A stretch of 64,000 nt of DNA, taken from the sequence record LR756502.1. The stretch is one strand, 5' to 3'. The notes under the pieces were generated by a model, which saw only the letters and a list, made by a program, of their open reading frames with translations, searched no databases and had not been told where the DNA came from. The position numbers and the translations under genes were made by a program. Of this stretch, positions 61,346-64,000 are shown piece after piece. Positions within the stretch are counted from its first letter, which is position 1. Each line of letters starts with the position of its first letter.

Positions 61346-64000
61346 ATGTCAAATCACAAAAACCTTGTATTTTTTAATAATCAAGGGGATTCATTGAATT
61401 ACGAGTACAAAGACAGTGTGGATAGATTTGAGGGTGATATTCTTTTTGATGAGAATTCATCAGATACTTTTAAAACCGCTGGAATTTATATGTTTGAAAA
61501 GATAGCATCATTTGAATATGAGCTACCTGGTTTATTAACATTAGATAAATTTCAATTATTTAATGAGTTTGGATTGCATTTCTATGGTGCTAAATACGCA
61601 AGTCAATCGGTTGATAGGGTAGAACCTGTTAATAATGATCCAAATTTTTATTCTAAATGGGTATATGGGACTAACTTTGAGTCAAGGTTTCCAATAGGCA
61701 CAATTATTGTTTTTAATAGTCCTTTAATGGAGTTTAATAATCCTAATCAAACGTATGTGGTTGTTTCTACAAAGAAGAATGCATTAATGATAATAAGTAC
61801 TATCGATAATGCTACATTTGATACAACATACTATACAACCTATAATGATCCAAATACTTATATTGGTAAAACAATAACCGGTATTAATGTTGTTAGTGTT
61901 TATAACTATATTGATGAATTATTTAATAATAATTTATCAAATTGGTCAGAACCTAATTTCTATGATAAGTACTATGTTGGTAAGAAACTGAATATAGTAA
62001 ATAGTATAAATAATGATGGCGCTTTTACTGTTACAAATGTAGATATTACTGACATTATAAATTTTGAATATGAGGTTTCTGGAGCACCAACAAACTCAAA
62101 TCTTATAATGGAGGTTATAACAAGAACAGATCTTCCTATTATATATGAGGGTCCTATCGATATATCTAGTAATAAAGTTAGTTTTTCTGGAGTCGCTCCA
62201 TCAATTCTTAAGCCAGGGTCAGAGTTTAAGATAGTTGGATCTTCATTAAACACAAATTTCTTAAATGTCTCGGCTCTACCAACATTTCTTGGTAACACAC
62301 AACTTACATACTACTCAACTCAATCACAAGTCCTTTGGAATAACAGAGTTTATGAGTGTTTGTCAGCATATACACAAAGTGCTACATCAAGTATTAACCC
62401 AGATAACACATCATATTGGACTTTATCGACATATGTTCCAGTTGATGAATCAACTGTCTCAGAAACATTACTAAATGTTCAAGTATATTTAACAACTGAC
62501 CATTTCTATTTTGAATATGGGTGGACTCAAAGTAATGCTGTTACACTAGCATCAACTGCTGAGAAATATGCTGAAGATTTAAAGATATTTAATATTGATT
62601 TGTATTATAAGTACAATAAATTAAAAGCGGATTTAATATACCCTAGTAATTATGCTGAAGTTAACTTCTATTACGATAATATATTAGCAACATCATCGAT
62701 TGGTAGTATGAGATCTGTTTATGAGAAGGCTGTTCAAGTTAGAGAAGATCTTATAACAGAACTTAGTTATGATTATTCCACAAATAAAAGGTATAATATA
62801 GTATTTACTGATATTGATGAATTTGGTATAAAGATAATTATTAATAAGATGGTTTATCAAGAGGAAATCTCTTGGGTATATTCTACTGGTATAACCGTTG
62901 ATATGGATAGAACAATTGATGCCACTCTTAGAAATTGGATGGAAAGACACTATGTTAAACTAATAACTCTTGGTATAATAGCTGAGTTAGAATACATTGG
63001 TAACTTCTCTTCTATCTATTATAACTCTATAATATTAAATACTCAATATCCAAATGTTCCAATGGACTTTAGTGTTGAAGTCGGAACAACAGCTGATTTT
63101 CATATTGAACATTCAACAGTTTTATTTACTGATATGGGTGGGTATCTATCTTTCATTATAAATGATAAGAGTTACGACCAAGCTACTGTATTTTTAACAG
63201 GCACAATGTCTCAATATCCTGATATACCAGCTACTCTATCAGCTTGGGTTGAGGCACATACAGAATATCTGACTGAGTTGGGTATAACTGTGGTTGAATA
63301 TAATAACCTTTTGAGCTTCAGTATTGAGGATCTTGAAAGAAGATTTACATATGAAATAAAAATAGGCAAGTCTTTATTACCTGGTCTGTCCGCATATACA
63401 ATTAATAATAAAATCAAGGGAAATGAGGGTGTTCTTATAGCATCAAATGAGGTTTTATTACCTTCTGGTGCCGCTTCTTTGGAAGAGGCTGGATTTGCTA
63501 CGGGAATGGTATTTTCTATTAATAATACTGTTTATCCTTTTGATAATCAAGAGTATAATATTCAATATTTGGATCCTGATAGACTTAATTTAAGTTATCA
63601 AGGACCTTTCTGGGGTCTTACTGATAGTTTATGTAACTCATCTGCTTTTGTTACAATTGCATTTAACACTGGGTTTGGACAAACTGGATGTTCGCCATCA
63701 TCTCCTATTACTGGATTTGCTGGTCCTTTTGAAGATGGTCCTTTCAATACATCTGAATTTAGTATATCATATAATCCAAATACATATACTGTAAATGAGT
63801 ATGCTCTTAGTTCACATGCAGGTACATCAAATCTTATAGATATACAGTATGTGCAATTGTCTAACTCTATATATGGGCTCGGTGATGATGTTACTGTTAT
63901 AGATGCCTATACCGGATACTATAATACTACAATATCTCTTTTGGGTAATACTCAAAGTGTTGATATGGAGTACAATCCAATAAATAGTTATTTATATTGT
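61346..64000 (+). CDS. Large structural protein (>885 aa, runs off window; not in ORF track)
   Basis: ATG 61346 MSNHKNLVFFNNQGDSLNY...; the start, one internal segment and the end were translated in the same frame; CBM5/12-like YSTQSQVLWNNRVYECLSAYTQ...NPDNTSYW at ~62310. Confidence 0.8.
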   Translation, partial: MSNHKNLVFFNNQGDSLNYEYKDSVDRFEGDILFDENSSDTFKTAGIYMFEKIASFEYELPGLLTLDKFQLFNEFGLHFYGAKYASQSVDRVEPVNNDPNFYSKWVYGTNFESRFPIGTIIVFNSPLMEFNNPNQTYVVVSTKKNALMIISTIDNATFDTTYYTTYNDPNTYIGKTITGINVVSVYNYIDELFNNNLSNWSEPNFYDKYYVGKKLNIVNSINNDGAFTVTNVDITDIINFEYEVSGAPTNSNLIMEVITRTDLPIIYEGPIDISSNKVSFSGVAPSILKPGSEFKIVGSSLNTNFLNVSALPTFLGNTQLTYYSTQSQVLWNNRVYECLSAYTQSATSSINPDNTSYWTLSTYVPVDESTVSETLLNVQVYLTTDHFYFEYGWTQSNAVTLASTAEKYAEDLKIFNIDLYYKYNKLKADLIYPSNYAEVNFYYDNILATSSIGSMRSVYEKAVQVREDLITELSYDYSTNKRYNIVFTDIDEFGIKIIINKMVYQEEISWVYSTGITVDMDRTIDATLRNWMERHYVKLITLGIIAELEYIGNFSSIYYNSIILNTQYPNVPMDFSVEVGTTADFHIEHSTVLFTDMGGYLSFIINDKSYDQATVFLTGTMSQYPDIPATLSAWVEAHTEYLTELGITVVEYNNLLSFSIEDLERRFTYEIKIGKSLLPGLSAYTINNKIKGNEGVLIASNEVLLPSGAASLEEAGFATGMVFSINNTVYPFDNQEYNIQYLDPDRLNLSYQGPFWGLTDSLCNSSAFVTIAFNTGFGQTGCSPSSPITGFAGPFEDGPFNTSEFSISYNPNTYTVNEYALSSHAGTSNLIDIQYVQLSNSIYGLGDDVTVIDAYTGYYNTTISLLGNTQSVDMEYNPINSYLYC

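Noticed and set aside
1454-63417. Short opposite-strand or alternate-frame ORFs in the track (for example 1454..1648, 2350..2721, 4091..4501, 13389..13721, 42274..42630, 46619..47164, 61972..62298)
   Set aside because: Shadows of long, biased-composition genes; no motifs or upstream signals
1-64000. CRISPR array or cas genes (common in huge phages)
   Set aside because: No repeat-spacer pattern in any intergenic region; all long repeats are in-frame coding repeats
1-64000. Stop-codon reassignment (TAG to Gln or TGA to Trp)
   Set aside because: Conserved enzymes are full length in code 11 and TAA, TAG and TGA all end genes at sensible positions; the single internal TAA at 25154 is isolated
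1-64000. tRNA, rRNA or group I intron
   Set aside because: Intergenic gaps are short and AT-rich with no cloverleaf or intron core visible; conserved genes are not interrupted

Overview
64 kb of an AT-rich, densely coding, standard-code (code 11) genome from a very large T4-like myovirus (huge phage). The host is most likely Bacteroidota: three TTTG-N19/20-TAnnTTTG promoters (one with a TTTC -33 box), a Bacteroidota-type TonB receptor, a lipoprotein and DUF6576-like motifs. T4-like core genes include a gp19 tail tube, gp47/Mre11 nuclease, UvsY and a probable sliding clamp. There is also a tape-measure-like gene, a 17 kb block of mosaic tail/fibre genes and a collagen-like fibre. Accessory genes: two separate NAD+ salvage loci (NadV + NadM-Nudix; Nudix + TonB receptor + PnuC + NadR), PPK2, radical SAM, PrsW protease, GH16, WYL domain, DNA methylase, nucleotidyltransferase, two cell-wall enzymes and decayed homing endonucleases. 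Strongest unexplained signals: (1) About 15 unrelated proteins, all in transcription units led by a TAATATATA late-promoter-like motif, start with a peptide resembling the T4 capsid-targeting sequence. This suggests a large tagged, virion-packaged enzyme cargo that includes PPK2, an AAA ATPase and a protein with ~20 zinc knuckles. (2) A complete outer-membrane to inner-membrane to kinase/adenylyltransferase import route to NAD+ sits under a host-type early promoter. (3) A Cys/Ser-tailed protein lies next to a radical SAM enzyme, a RiPP-like pairing. All functional calls come from motif recognition only; no database searches were run.
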